This document shows, one piece after another, positions 25,691 to 38,670 of a stretch of DNA of 64,000 nucleotides (the first letter of the stretch is position 1; every line of letters starts with the position of its first letter). A program made the translations under genes and the position numbers. Under the pieces are notes generated by a model. It saw only the letters and a list, made by a program, of their open reading frames with translations. It had not been told where the DNA came from and did not search any database. The DNA is from Malacoraja senta (lineage: Eukaryota). Location of the stretch: assembly GCA_038087875.1 (NCBI GenBank), contig CM075989.1, positions 24,368,001-24,432,000 on the forward strand, given 5' to 3'.

Positions 25691-27709
25691 CTTCAAGAGA
25701 GAATTAGATTTAGCTCGTAGGGCTAACGGAATCAAAGGAAATGGGAAAAAAGCAGGAATGGGGTACTGATTGTGGATGATCAGCCATGATCATATTGAAT
25801 GGCGGTGCTGGCTCGAAGGGCTGAATGGCCTACTCCTGCACCTATTTTCGATATTTCTATGTTTCTATGCTCAGTAATTTCATGCAACTATTCGGTTCAC
25901 CAAGGCCTGCTGGATATCCTGGTTGCTACCCATTTTAACTCTTTATCCCATTCCCACACAGAGGGGCCTCCTCCATTGACAGAGGCAGGCTACAGGCAAA
26001 CTGGAGGACCAGCACCAGTAGCTGACAAACCAGTGGTATGAATATTGAATTCTCCAACTTTAGATAAATTCCCATTACTCTCTCCACCCTTTCTCGCCCC
26101 ACGTACAAACTCCGTCTATCCAGGCCTTTCACCATTCGGCCAAGTTCATGTTGACCATCAAGCAACCGATTGTACTGGTCCAACACGGATCCCGGGTTCG
26201 ATCCTGACTATGGGTGCTGTCTGTGCGGAGTTTTACGTTCTCCCTGTGACCACGTGGGGTTTCTCCGGGTGCTCTGGTTTCCTTCAACTATAAAGGTGTG
26301 CAGGTTTGTAGGTGAATTGGTAAATTGTCCCTAGTGTGTAGGATAGTGCTAGTGTGTGGAGATCGGTTGGCTGAAGCGTCTGTTTCCACATTGTATCTAT
26401 AAAATAAACTAAACCGTCTCTCTACCTTATGCAGTGGAGAGTGTAAAGGAGAGGAGACAGATGGGGATACCATGTGGAATATGGATTCATCGCTGCCTCA
26501 CAGCGCCAGAAACCCGGATTCCAACCTGACCTTGGGTGCTGTCTGTGCAGAGTTTACACGTTCTCCCTGTGGCCGTGTGGGTTTTCTCCGGGTGCTCCAG
26601 TTTCCTCCCACACCCCAAAGACGTGCGGGTACGTAGGTTAATTGGCCCTCTGTAAGTTTCCCCTGGTGTGTAGGAAGTGACTGTGAAAGTGGGATAACAT
26701 GGAACTAGTGTGAATGGGTGATGGATGGTCGGCATGGACTCGGTGGGCCGAAGGGCCTGTTTCCGTGCTGGATCGTTCAATCTTGGTCCTTCCTGGTTGC
26801 AGCACGAGTGAGACAGGAGGTTTGTGGTCTGTTCCATGCTGCTCATCCGCCCCCTCTAGTGGGATGCAGCGGCTCATGGGCATAGTGTTCTGTCAAAGCA
26901 CCAGAGACTGATACAGAACGGGATATCCAGCTGCCCACACTGAACTCTTAGTTTCGCTCAGTTTAAGTTCAAGTTCAAGTTCACGTTTGTTGTCACTTAA
27001 CCAATTAAGGTACAGTGAAATTAGCTTAGTTAAGTCTAGTTTAGTTTAGTTCAGTCTAGTTTAGTTTAGATTTACAGAATAGAAACCTGGACCAGGTGAT
27101 TTATCCATTTTAAGCACAAGTTGACTTTCTTGTCCTTTTCATCTAGTTTTAGCTTGTCCAAGGGGTCAAGGAAAGAGCCTTCACGTCATGGCCCTGTTTC
27201 CACCAATCTTTCCACCACCACACACAAGAAGCATAAGAAGCGACAAGACAGACACCATTGTATGCAGATGCCGAGAAGTGTGTTCAGCTCTGGCCGAACA
27301 GCTTCTCATCTTGTGTGTGGACTCGACAAGAAGAAGAAGCTTGTCCAAAATGTCAACACTAACCTCGTTCACCAACAATAACCTTATTCTTGTCCTTCTT
27401 CCGTAGAGCTGTAAACCTTCCATTGAAATGAATCCTGTACCAAATGTAAGCAGCTGCAGAATCTGTTAGCAAATACCTCTTCCAAATGCCAATAGATTCT
27501 CCCTCCCTCCTTTAAGCTCTTAGGAAATATTTTTAGGGACAAATGTGCTTCCTTTTCATCTCCTTCCAACCTGAAGTGAACCCCATGATCTTATGAACCT
27601 CTATCAATACTTTGAAAATGTATTTATCCCCAATCACAGATTCCTGTAGTCCTCCTCTCATCTCATCATGTTTCAAGTAGTTAGTGGTCTTCCCATTCTC
27701 CCTACCAAT

Positions 27710-28175
27710 GAGTGGGTTAACATGCTGTATGATGAGCGTTTGACAGCACTGGGCCTCCTCGCTGGAGTTTAGAAGGTTGAGGGGGGACCTCATTGGAACT
27801 TACAGAATAATGAAAGGCCTGGATAGAGTGGATATGGAGAGGATGTTTCCACTGGTGGGAAAGTCTAGGACCAGAGGTCATAGCCTCAGGATTAAAGGAC
27901 GCTCTTTTTGGAAAGAGGTGAGGAGGAACTTCTTTAGTCAGAGGATATAGTTAATCTGTGGGACTCATTGCCATAGAGGGCTGTGGAGGCCAAGTCAGTG
28001 GTTATTTTTAGGGCAAAGATAGATCGATTCTTGATTAGTACAGGTGTCAGAGGTTATGGGGAGAAGGCAGAAAAATGGGGTTGGGATGGGGAGATAGATC
28101 AGCCATGATTGAATAGCGGAGCTGACTCGATGGGCCGAATGGCCTAATTCTGCTCCTATAACTTGTGAACTTGTG
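27710..28175 (+). mobile_element. CR1 LINE 3' fragment, second subfamily (representative)
   Basis: Encodes a SLEFRRLRGDLI-like ORF2 end; tail gatagatcagccatgattgaat...ggccgaatggcctaattctgctcct. Relatives at about 11785, 16240 (-), 17495, 20985, 24610, 29820, 39522 and 50970. Confidence 0.88.
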
Positions 28176-30581
28176 AACAAGATGTAACACCTTGCACTTT
28201 CCCATCGTGAAATGCATTTACCAGTAACATGGTCACTTTGTAAGTGTATACTGTTTCAACTAGTCATCAGCCCGGTGGAATTCCTGTCCATGTTCACAGG
28301 TGAGGAATCTCTCATTGGAAGTGCCATGCGTTCTTGCGTTCTCTCCAGAATTTTTGTTCCCTGAAGAAAATGGGTAAAGGACAGCTCAAGTCCAACGGTT
28401 CCATCCAATCACGAGTGCAACACAATTTATTCCCAGCACTTTGTTTTTGTTTTGTTGAACAAGTTGGGCTTGGTTTATCTCCTCACTTTGGTGCTAGTGA
28501 CTAGTACCAATGGCTAGCCTATTTTAGGATGATTTTAATTAGAGATAGGCTAAAGTTTTGTCGGATGGCAGCTCCAAAAGTGAGCAACATCGGGAGGCAG
28601 AAGGTTCAGGACACAAACATCACCTTATGGCGCTACCTATGACAACTGACCATGAATTCTTTTAGTTTAGCTTAGTTTAGAGACACAGCATGGAAACAGG
28701 CCCTTCGGCCCACCGAGTCCATGCTGACCCCTTAAACTAGCACTATCCTACACACTCGGGGTAATTTACAATTCTTACTGAAGCCAATTAACCAACAAAC
28801 CTATATGTCTTTGGAATGTGGGTGGAAACCGGAGCAACCGGAGAAAACCCACACAGTCCCAGGGAGAACCTACAAACTCTGTACGGACAGCACCCGTAGT
28901 CAGGATCGAACCCGAGCCTCTGGCGCTGTGAGGCAGCAGCTCTACCCACTGCACCACTGTGTCGCCCTTGCTCCAAAGGTTGCTGTCAGTTCTATAAGGA
29001 CAAGTGCTGACAGTTTCACTGGTATGACAACTACAATCTCCAACCCTTTGTGTTTTGCACATTTACATTTGGATTTGCGTTTTGGAGAGTGGGGGATATA
29101 GAGTTTGAGACTTTTGGACAGATATAGAAGGATTCAGAGGGCAATCAGCTAGATACAGGCAAATGGGACTAGCACAGTATTCAAATTTGGTCAACATGCA
29201 TAGGATGGGCTGAAGGGCCTGCACAGCTCTGTGACACTATGACTCTGTATGTGTCCTATCTATGTCTTACTTTTCCACATGGAACAACAGTAAGAATGGA
29301 TTGAACTGAAGTGTAATGCAGCGGTATGTACATTCCTGTTGAATATAAATCAAAGTCACTGGGCAGAAGAATAAAATGACTATTCCCTTTATCCTGTATC
29401 TGTACACTGTGGACAGCTTGACTGTAATCATGTATAGTCTTTTCACTGACTGGATAGCACGCAACAAAAACACTTTTCACTGTACACATGACAATAATAA
29501 AAAAACGAAACTAAATTAAATGTTAGTGATTTGCAAACAGCCAAGTGAGAAAACATAACTTTGACCAATTAAGTAAGTTAGTAATTCTTAAAGATAGCAG
29601 AGCAGTGAGTGGAATCCAAACCTTGCAACAACATTTAAACTGATACATGTATGTCATATGTGCAATACATGTTCCATAGTTGGAGACAATAGGTGTAATT
29701 AGCTTAGCTGTTTATGTTTAGTTGTTTTCAGCGTGCAGACACCTATGCAGAGGCTGTCACGTTCTGTCCTCACATCAGTACCTTTGAGAAAGTGGTGAGA
29801 ACTCTCTGACCTTAGATGATAGATTCTTGATCTTAGATAGATAGATTCTTGATTAGTACGGGTGTCGGGGGTTATGGGGAGAAGGCATGAGAATGGGGTT
29901 AGGAGGGAGAGATAGATCAGCCATGATTGAATGGTGGAGTAGACTTGATGGGCCGAATGGCCCAATTCTGCTCCTACCCGTTATGACCTTGTGACCTAGT
30001 GTGGTCTGTGTGGTGAAGGTGTCTTCACACAGCTGTGCCACGAGTGGAATCTGGGGCATATATGCAAGCGTCAATGAAACAAAGCTCATCTGTCTGTCAG
30101 TCAGTCAGTCGGGCTGGAAGGTAATCTGGAGGTGACGGTGTTCACAGTTTTTACACTGCTATTTCACACACATGGAAGCACTTTAATTCGATTTTCAAAA
30201 GATTGGTCTTTGTTATTTTAGTTCTTAATAAGTATCTCTGGTAATTCAATCTTACTCAAAATCAATACCCTCTAGTGAAAACAAAATATAACTTTGAACT
30301 TTCCACAATTACGGGCAAATGGCTGAGCCAGGAACACGTTTCACTTTCTCCAGTTTTGTCTACATTCCTCCCTCATCTCCTGAAGGTGGTGACTCACACT
30401 GGAGTAACATTACAGCACCGCACACTCGCACATCTCCACAAAGTGTAACTGCATGAAGTCCTGGGGATGTGGTGGGCTGAACGACCTGCTTCTGTGCTGT
30501 AGGAACATGGTGTGAAATACTGGCACCCGCAATGATGGCCATATCTCTGGGATTATTCGCGTAGATGGGGCATCTTGATTG

Positions 30582-30850
30582 GTGTGTGTGTGTGTTTATT
30601 TATATATTTATGTGTGTGTGCGTGCGTGCATGCGTGTGTGTACATGTGTGTGTGTGTACATGTTTGCATGTGTGTGTGTGTATATATATATATATGTATG
30701 TGGTGAGTCTCGACCCGAAACATCACCCATTCCTTCTCTCCACAGATGCTGCCTGTCCCGCTGAGTTACTCCAGCATTTTGTGTCCCCCTTCGATTTAAA
30801 CCATCTGCAGTTCTTTCCTACACATATATATATATATGTATGTGTATATA

Positions 30851-30903
<53 letters not shown>
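30582..30903. repeat. Compound (TG)n/(TA)n microsatellite containing a pLTR fragment (30703-30823)
   Basis: Direct reading of the sequence. Confidence 0.95.
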
Positions 30904-30908
<5 letters not shown>

Positions 30909-33608
30909 CAACACATGTTTATTACCAGTTTGATTTCAACATTTCATCTTTGAACATCATTACTTGTGGACAATCCAGTCATTATTTTGAACTCTGTGAA
31001 ATGTCTAAGTAACCAGTTAAATGTTCTTCTGATCCGTGTGGTTTGCTGTGAGATTTCACCAGCATGATTGGCTGTGGAGCCAAAGTAGTTGCATCACATG
31101 TGGCCATTGTGTGGGTGTACTGTTAGAGATACAGCACGGATACAGGCCCCTACAGCCCACAAAGTCCGCGCCAACCAGCGATCCCCACACACTTACAGTA
31201 TCACCCTACTCACATTAGGGACAATTTACACATACACCAAGCCAATTAACCTACCAACCTGTACGTCTCTGGAGTGTGGGAGGAAACCAAAGATCGTGGA
31301 GAAAATCTACCCAGGTCACGGGGAGAAGGTACAAACTCCGTACAGACAGCACCCATAGTCGGGATTGAACCCGGGTCTCCAGCGCTGCAGGCACTGTAAG
31401 GCAGCAACTCTACCGCTGCGCCACCGTGCTGGCCTTATTTATGGGCAGCTTGACAAGTGTCTCCGCACTTCTCTCTGCAATCATCCACAACCCTTCAGTG
31501 ATAATAGTTTTCTTAACCACGTTAGCTTTATATCTTCCTTAACCAAAGGATGAATGGCAAAGGGTCAAAAGTGCAAACAAAAGTCAAATATATAATGTGT
31601 GTCCTGACAAACAATATGGATCTGATTTATAAAATATCCTGCTTGCAGCGTATTGTAGCTATTGATGCTGCTGTGATAGATGTGTTCAATATTTCTCTCA
31701 CAGAAGTTACCCATTAAAAGGTCATTCCGTATATTTTTCTTACTTTTTTCTAACTCATATTTTTTTCATGATTTTCTCTGAGATAAAATTGGGACTAAAT
31801 TTGACGTAATTTTGCCCAGTTCAAATTATTTTCTCTCCTTTTGCTTGTTATTTTCTGAAATCATACCATTTATTTTGTCATTCTTAAACTGTTTACAGAT
31901 TTAGTCAAATGTCAGTTTGCAAAGATTAATCAATATCTTCAGTCTACAATATGAACAAGATACTAAAGAAAAATGGGCGGCGTGGTGGCGTAGTGGTAGA
32001 CTTACTGCCTTACAGCGCCAGAGACCCAGGTTCGATCCTGACTACGGGTGCTTGGCTGTATGGAATTTATACGTTCTCCCCGTCACCTGCATGGGTTTTA
32101 TATATCTCTAAACTAATGATTTATTTAGGTTTGCAGTCTACTCTTAGGATGTTTTTCTGTTCACCATTTCTATATACATTTACCTATGAACGCTGTAGGT
32201 AATGTAGCCAAACGTGACGCAGTACAGAGATGAAAGAGCTCTTCAACTCCTGAATTCACCCATGGCTCCTGATTTGCTTTGCTCCTGAAGATCTCATATT
32301 GATTAGATGCTTTGAAAGAGAGATTAACAATTGCATTCACTCATTCCTATTGTCAATGACAATTCACCCAAAAGTTCCTGGAGAGATTCCTTAATCATAG
32401 TGATACTGCGCAGAAACAGGCCCTTCGGCCCAATTTGCCAACACCGACCAACATGTCCCATCAACACTAGTCCCACCTGCCTGCATTTGATCCATATTGA
32501 CTCGTAGTCAGGATCTACCTTTCCCTCTCAACCCCATTATCTTGCCTTCTCCCCATAACCCTCGACACTCTTACCAAGAATCTGTCAATCGTTGCCTTAA
32601 AAATATCCATTGACTTGGCCTCCACAGCCGTCTGTGGCAATGAACCCCACAGATTTACCACCCTCTGACTAAAGAAGTTCCTTCTCATCTCTTTCCTAAA
32701 GGTGCATCTGTTCATTCTGAGGCTGTGGCCTCTGGTCCTAGACTCTCCCAAAAGATTCCAGTTGACTTGTGATGCATGCCTTCTAACTTTGCAATGTATT
32801 CTGCCTATCCTGATGACCTCAATAGCCTTTAATGGAATCTCACAAAACATCTTCCCAGCTCCAGATGTTCGACTAACTAATCAACACTAATCCACTGTGA
32901 CAACCTGGGAAGACTTCTGTGCAAATAAAATGATTCTGTGATCCAGGTGGAGGGATGGACCTCACGAGAGATGTGAGTCAGGGCGGGTAATGGCTCTCAG
33001 TCCCAGCTCCAAATCACAATGGTGTCCTCCACTCTGCAAGAAATTGCAGAATTACCACTTCCACACATAATTGGCAAACGCATAAAGTCATTTCTTTCTC
33101 TGTCGAAATAACAAAACGTTGTCTTTCTCCATAATGTAATGCAGCTGTCATAATATTGCTGGCATGAGTTTCGTTCTGTAGGTTAGTCAGGATGCACAGA
33201 CTCGCCCTTCGAATGTTAACAATTTTATTCGTATGGTCCCTATACATGCCAATAATTTAGTAAAGTATTTTTAAAATGTGTTCATCTAGGGAGCTTTGTT
33301 GTAGAATAAATGTATGATATTCAAAAAAGAATGAAAGATTTGCAAATATTAGATGTGATTCCTAATTGGCGCTGTAAAATTTGATGAGCAAATGTCCCAT
33401 CAATTGACCATGTTTTATTCATTAAAACTGCAGTTTTCGCAATTATCAGGATATTGGAAAGGAATATATGATAATTAAACTATCTTGTAAGTGACATCAG
33501 AGTGGGCACATAATTTGGGTGCAGGAACTCTGATTTCCCTAGCCCACTGCTTCATCCAAAGAACCCAACGGTATCATTTAGACATGTTATACCTTCTGAT
33601 TCTCCGTG

Positions 33609-33912
33609 TTGGATTGCAACCTTGTCGTGGTCGGGGAGCTTGTGTGTCTCAGTGACAACCTAGAGCTATGCCAGCAGGAGATTTGTCTCCTGTTAGGGTC
33701 TCCCATGCTGGACAGGTCGAAGGGTAGAGGCGAGACGAAGAGCGATCCACTGGTCCTCCAGGTTGGGGGTTGAGCACGGGGCTAACAACCCTGTCTCGTA
33801 AAACAAATATGTTACGGAAACAGCAACTGAAGGAATCAACACGACTGGGTGGAGGACCATCGTTGCTGCCCTACATGCCAGGAGGCATAATATGCTGTAA
33901 GTAAGTACTGAG
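33609..33912 (+). mobile_element. Bipartite non-autonomous RTE-clade element (5' UTR fused to 3' tail)
   Basis: 5' part ccttgtcgtggt...gagctatgcc...agggtctccca...ggacaggtc...tccactgg resembles RTE/BovB 5' UTRs. 3' part reads WRTIVAALHARRH followed by (taag)n. 12-bp TSD tgatt(c/g)tccgtg at 33597 and 33913. Confidence 0.78.
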
Positions 33913-34318
33913 TGATTGTCCGTGGGAAAGTCAAATGTTGCTTCGTTGTGACATGGGATTTAAATATCCTCGTGTTGAAAAGATTTCATGCATAATGAAT
34001 GTTGAATCTGCGAGTCCTTGTTTCGAGTCTTTTATTTCTGTGCGAGTATCTTACCTATAAATAAATACTGTATTTATTTCAGCCTGACTATGACAGCTTA
34101 ATGATGTGAAATGAACAAGAACACAAAGCACAAAGTGCTGGAGTATCTCAGCGGGACAGGCAGCATCTCTGGAGAACGTGGACAGGTGACTTTTCTGGTC
34201 AGGACTCTTCTTCAGACTGATTGTTGGGGGTGGGGGGAGAGGGATTTGGGCCAGACGTAGGCAAATGGGACTAGCTTAGATGGGGCATGGACGTCAGACT
34301 GATCAAGGATCCTGAACA

Positions 34319-34580
34319 GAAACGTCACCTATCCATGTTCTCCAGAGATGCTGCCTGACCTGCTGAGTTACTCCAGCACTCTGTGAAACGTCACCTATCC
34401 ATGTTCTCCAGAGATGCTGCCTGACCCGCTGAGTTACTCCAGCACTCTGTGAAACGTCACCTATCCATGTTCTCCAGAGATGCTGCCTGACCCGCTGAGT
34501 TACTCCAGCACTCTGTGAAACGTCACCTATCCATGTTCTCCACAGATGCTGCCTGACCCACTGAGTTACTCCAGCACTCT
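34319..34580 (+). repeat. 66-bp tandem array (4 units) of a pLTR segment, within a fold-back element at about 34130-34615
   Basis: Unit gaaacgtcacctatccatgttctccagagatgctgcctgacccgctgagttactccagcactctgt starts at 34319, 34385, 34451 and 34517. Confidence 0.95.
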
Positions 34581-36326
34581 TTTTTTTTGTTATAAATCAG
34601 TACCTGCAGTTCATTTCTATAGAAATATAAAGCACAGCATGTTCTGTAAACACATAATCAAGGAGAAATTATGAATAGGGGAGTTTCTGCAGCTGTTATT
34701 AATTGTCTTTTGGATGTGAATATTAAAATCCTAATATTGAAATATTGGCTAAATGTGAGGGTTCATTAAGAAGTGAATTTGGAAGCGATAACTTTGAAAT
34801 GCAATTGCTGCTGGGTGAATTGTTATTTTTAAATGAGATAATTATACATATTAGTAAGTTATTAAAGGGGTATGGTGCTAAGGCCAAGGTGTAGAATCAT
34901 AATGGAATATTATAATTGAATAATGGGGTTGGGCCTGAGGGAGGTTCATTGAATATACTTGGCTTCTCAGCCCCACCAGTAATTCTGAACCAACTACTGG
35001 GTTTAGAAAAGAGTTACTTCATCTAATAGCTTCTAGCTAATTATATGCAAATTGTGACACCATAACAATTTCCAGTAAACATCATGGGGTTGGGCGTCTT
35101 GGGACAGTCTAAAGGGTAGGGTGTTCGTGGTTGTTCTCTCAGCCCATCAAACTCGCTTGGAATCTGGCCCTAAAAATGGGTCATTGCATATTTTCACGTT
35201 CCAAAATGCCCTGCTGGTATTGCCTCACAGCGCCAGTCCCGGGTTCGATCCCGATCACGGGTGCTGTCTTTACGGAGTTGGTACATTCTCCCTATGACTG
35301 CGTGGGTTTTCTCCGGGTGCTCCGGTTTTCTCCCACACTGTAAAGACGTGCAGGTTTGGAGGTTAATTGGCTTCGGTAAATTGAAAATTGTCCCCAAGTA
35401 AGTAGGATAGAACTAATGTAAGGGGTGACCGCTGATCGGCGTGGACTCTGCGCTGTATTTCTAATACATTTCTAGCATCACATGCTGTTCGGTTAATGAT
35501 ATTCTTTTTCATGTAGGCCTGTTTGAACTGTTTTAAAATATCTGATTCTCTCAGGTGCAAGAATCTGAACCCTGCCACTATTTTTTTTATTTAGGATTTC
35601 AATTAAAGAACATTGCCTGTCTATTATGAAGTACTATCACACAATTTACCACGATCAATAATATGGGGTTGTAGGGACAGGTGTCAGCTGTTTACCTTGT
35701 GAGCACCTCACACCATTCAGTGAGATGCTGGGTACTTTGTGATCAAATTCCATACAGCTGTCTTTGTTCCATATCCCATAACACTTGTGGGTAACAAAAG
35801 TTTAGCACCTTCCTTGTTAAAATTAATAATTAATCTAAAGCCAATTTTGCATGTGGAATGTTTCCTATTTTTCACAGTCGCTTGGGACACATAATTACCA
35901 AAATAAAATCTTCTATAAATTTCCTTTTTTATCTGGAAAACTTAGAGTGATAGAGTCACAGATACAGTGTGGAAACAGGCCCTTCGGCCCAACTTGCCCA
36001 CACCGGCTAACATGTCCCAGCTACACTAATCCCACCTACCTGCTTTTGGTCCATATTTGTCCTATCCATGTACCTGTCTGTTTCTTAAACGTTGGGATAG
36101 TCCCTGCCTCAACTACCTCTTCTGGCAGCTTGTTCCTTGCACCCAGCACCCTTTGTGTGAAAAAGTTACCCCTCAGATTCTTAGTGAACCTTTACCCCTT
36201 CACCTTAATCCTATGTCCTCTGGTCCCCAATTCACATACTCTGGGCAAGAGACTCTGTGCATCTGACCCAGCTATGCAATAAAAATGAACGTCAAATGCT
36301 AGTTTATGCCAAAGATAGACCCAACA

Positions 36327-36650
36327 TGCTGGAGTAACTCAGCAGGTCAGGCAGCATCTGTGGAGAACATGGATAGGTGACGTTTCACAGAGTGCTGGAG
36401 TAACTCAGCGGGTCAGGCAGCATCTGTGGAGAACATGGATAGGTGACGTTTCACAGAGTGCTGGAGTAACTCAGCGGGTCAGGCAGCATCTGTGGAGAAC
36501 ATGGATAGGTGACGTTTCACAGAGTGCTGGAGTAACTCAGCGGATCAGGCAGCATCTGTGGAGAACATGGATAGGTGACGTTTCACAGAGTGCTGGAGTA
36601 ACTCAGCGGGTCAGGCAGCATCTGTGGAGAACATGGATAGGTGACGTTTT
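36327..36650 (-). repeat. 66-bp tandem array (5 units), same unit in the opposite orientation
   Basis: tgctggagtaactcagc starts at 36327, 36393, 36459, 36525 and 36591; an inverted arm follows to about 36733. Confidence 0.95.
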
Positions 36651-37684
36651 GTGTCCGACCCAAAATGTCACCTGTCCATTTTCTGCAGAGATGCTGCCTG
36701 ACAAGGTGAGTAATTCCAGCACTCTGTGTCTATAGTAAAGAATCAGAACATGTTCACCTAGCACTGAATGATGCCTTTAAATGAAAAATATGGAATATAT
36801 AAACAACATTTTAATGAACAGAGAAGTCCAAACTTACTTTGAAATGATACGGAATCAATACTGTTATTTACCAACATTTTTATTGTAAATATTGACATCA
36901 ATTTTAAATACTCTGCTACCGAGGATTTTTTTTTAATTGTACAAAGAATGATTATGCTACAGATAAAGATCTGCATCAGAATATTTCTAGTAATTACATG
37001 AATGTGATTAATTCTTCTGTTTTTTACTGTCATTTCATTTTAAGATACTACTGATAATTAGGGAAAATTCAAAGAAAGGATCTGCTGTGAAACTTTTGTG
37101 AATATATTAGGTGGAAGATCACCTGATTATTTATGGTTTATTCTTTATTATAATATATTAAGATCATATTCTTCTTTGTGGCCAATGCATTAAAGAACGG
37201 AGCCTTATTTTAATCACTGTCAAGCAGCAATATATCTACATTTTACAGGAAAATTAAGAGGGAATGCTAGAGATTTAAAATAAGGCTGAATTGTCAGGCA
37301 TTGAATAGATAGTACAGAAATTGTACATATGCATTATTGTATGTTGTTGGTTAGCCAAATTACAACAGCTATAGTTTAAAATATACTAATCATCAACAGT
37401 GTAAAATAAACCTGAAAATAACTTGGAAAAATATGTTGCTTCTGATATTTTGAAGGATTTACTCCCTTCATTAAAGCAAAATACATTAATAGACTGAATT
37501 TCTCACATACATAGTCATCATTACCAGAATAAATTATGATTACAAGGAGAGAAATAAAAATCAATGTCACTGCCTTTGGCAGAATAGTGTAAAGGGATTA
37601 TAATTTGAATTACAAAATCGGAATAGGTTTGATATTGTCTAATGAATGCAACATAATTAACATCGGAAGTTACATTTCTAGATA

Positions 37685-38670
37685 TTAGGACATCACAGCC
37701 ACTTCTTTTGGAATTGGCATTTCATTTGGCATCACCAGTCTTTCTTCTGATGGTGTTATCTTGTGGAAGAACTTATGTCCACGCGAATCAGTGGTTTCAA
37801 ACACAAAGCCTGGTGGAGTGGGATAACTGGCGGGGCATATTTCTAGCCTCTTTGGAGTATACTCAGTGCGATACAAGGTTCCAGCATCAAATGGTGTTTT
37901 ACTGTGGAGAGGAACATTGGCAGGTTTGAAGCTTTGCAGCGGGTGGATTGGATGAGGGACATAGTTTGCCTTAAAAGTTGTCAAGCCGTCAAATTTTGCG
38001 CATGACACTTTTAATTCTTCGCCGCGTTTGATCGCCTCTGGCTTCTTTACATCCCATGTCTTGAAGTCATCCTTCATGGTCGTACTCCCTTGGAAAGGTG
38101 CATGGACCTTTCTAGCACTCGCAGGTTTAAATGGAGCAGGTGGCTTAACATTGTGTCCAATGTAGTCAAGGTGGGAAGTCGTATTCAGATCCATTGGGCC
38201 ATCGGGTTGCACGTAGTCTGGATGTTTGTGCATGTACGGCAAACTGACCGGCCAGGCCTGATAGCGGTCACGGAATTCTGAATTCCCGTCAAAGGGTGCG
38301 TCTGATCCTATTTTTGACTGTTCTGGTTTAAAGCTCTTTGTTATATCGCCGTGCATTCCTGTGTAATCCCGACGGTGAGTGGTGAGAGCTTCAAAAGGTG
38401 TGTCACTTGGTTTATATTCCTCTCGTTGTCTGACAAACCGCTCCCCCAACGGGTGGGCTACATAAGATATTTTGTGATTCGTTAGGTTATCAAAGGGGAC
38501 ATCAGATGTTTTGGGGATATCGGGTGGTTTGAAACTCTCCCGCAGTGAATACATCTTGGGACCATAGTCATCTTGGAACGTGGATGGGTTTCCAAAGCGT
38601 GCAGCGGGGGGACAATATGCTTGTGATGGTTTAGGCTTCCTTTTAGGAATGTCCCACATTCGGTAATCAT
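37685..38670 (-). CDS. SAXO2: Stabilizer of axonemal microtubules 2, exon 4 (terminal)
   Basis: Long exon with recurring (T/S)x(Y/F)xxD(Y/F) Mn-type repeats and C-terminal EICPASYPTPPGFVF...GHKFF typical of SAXO2. Acceptor AG at 38672-38671, phase 1. Confidence 0.93.

Noticed and set aside
26848..26863. CTCF-like site (ccactagagggggcgg on -)
   Set aside because: Mismatch at a conserved core C, and a single motif cannot be supported without a PWM score or ChIP data.
34319..36650. Regularly spaced repeats resembling a CRISPR array
   Set aside because: Units are contiguous with no unique spacers, there are no cas genes, the context is eukaryotic, and the unit is a Penelope pLTR segment.
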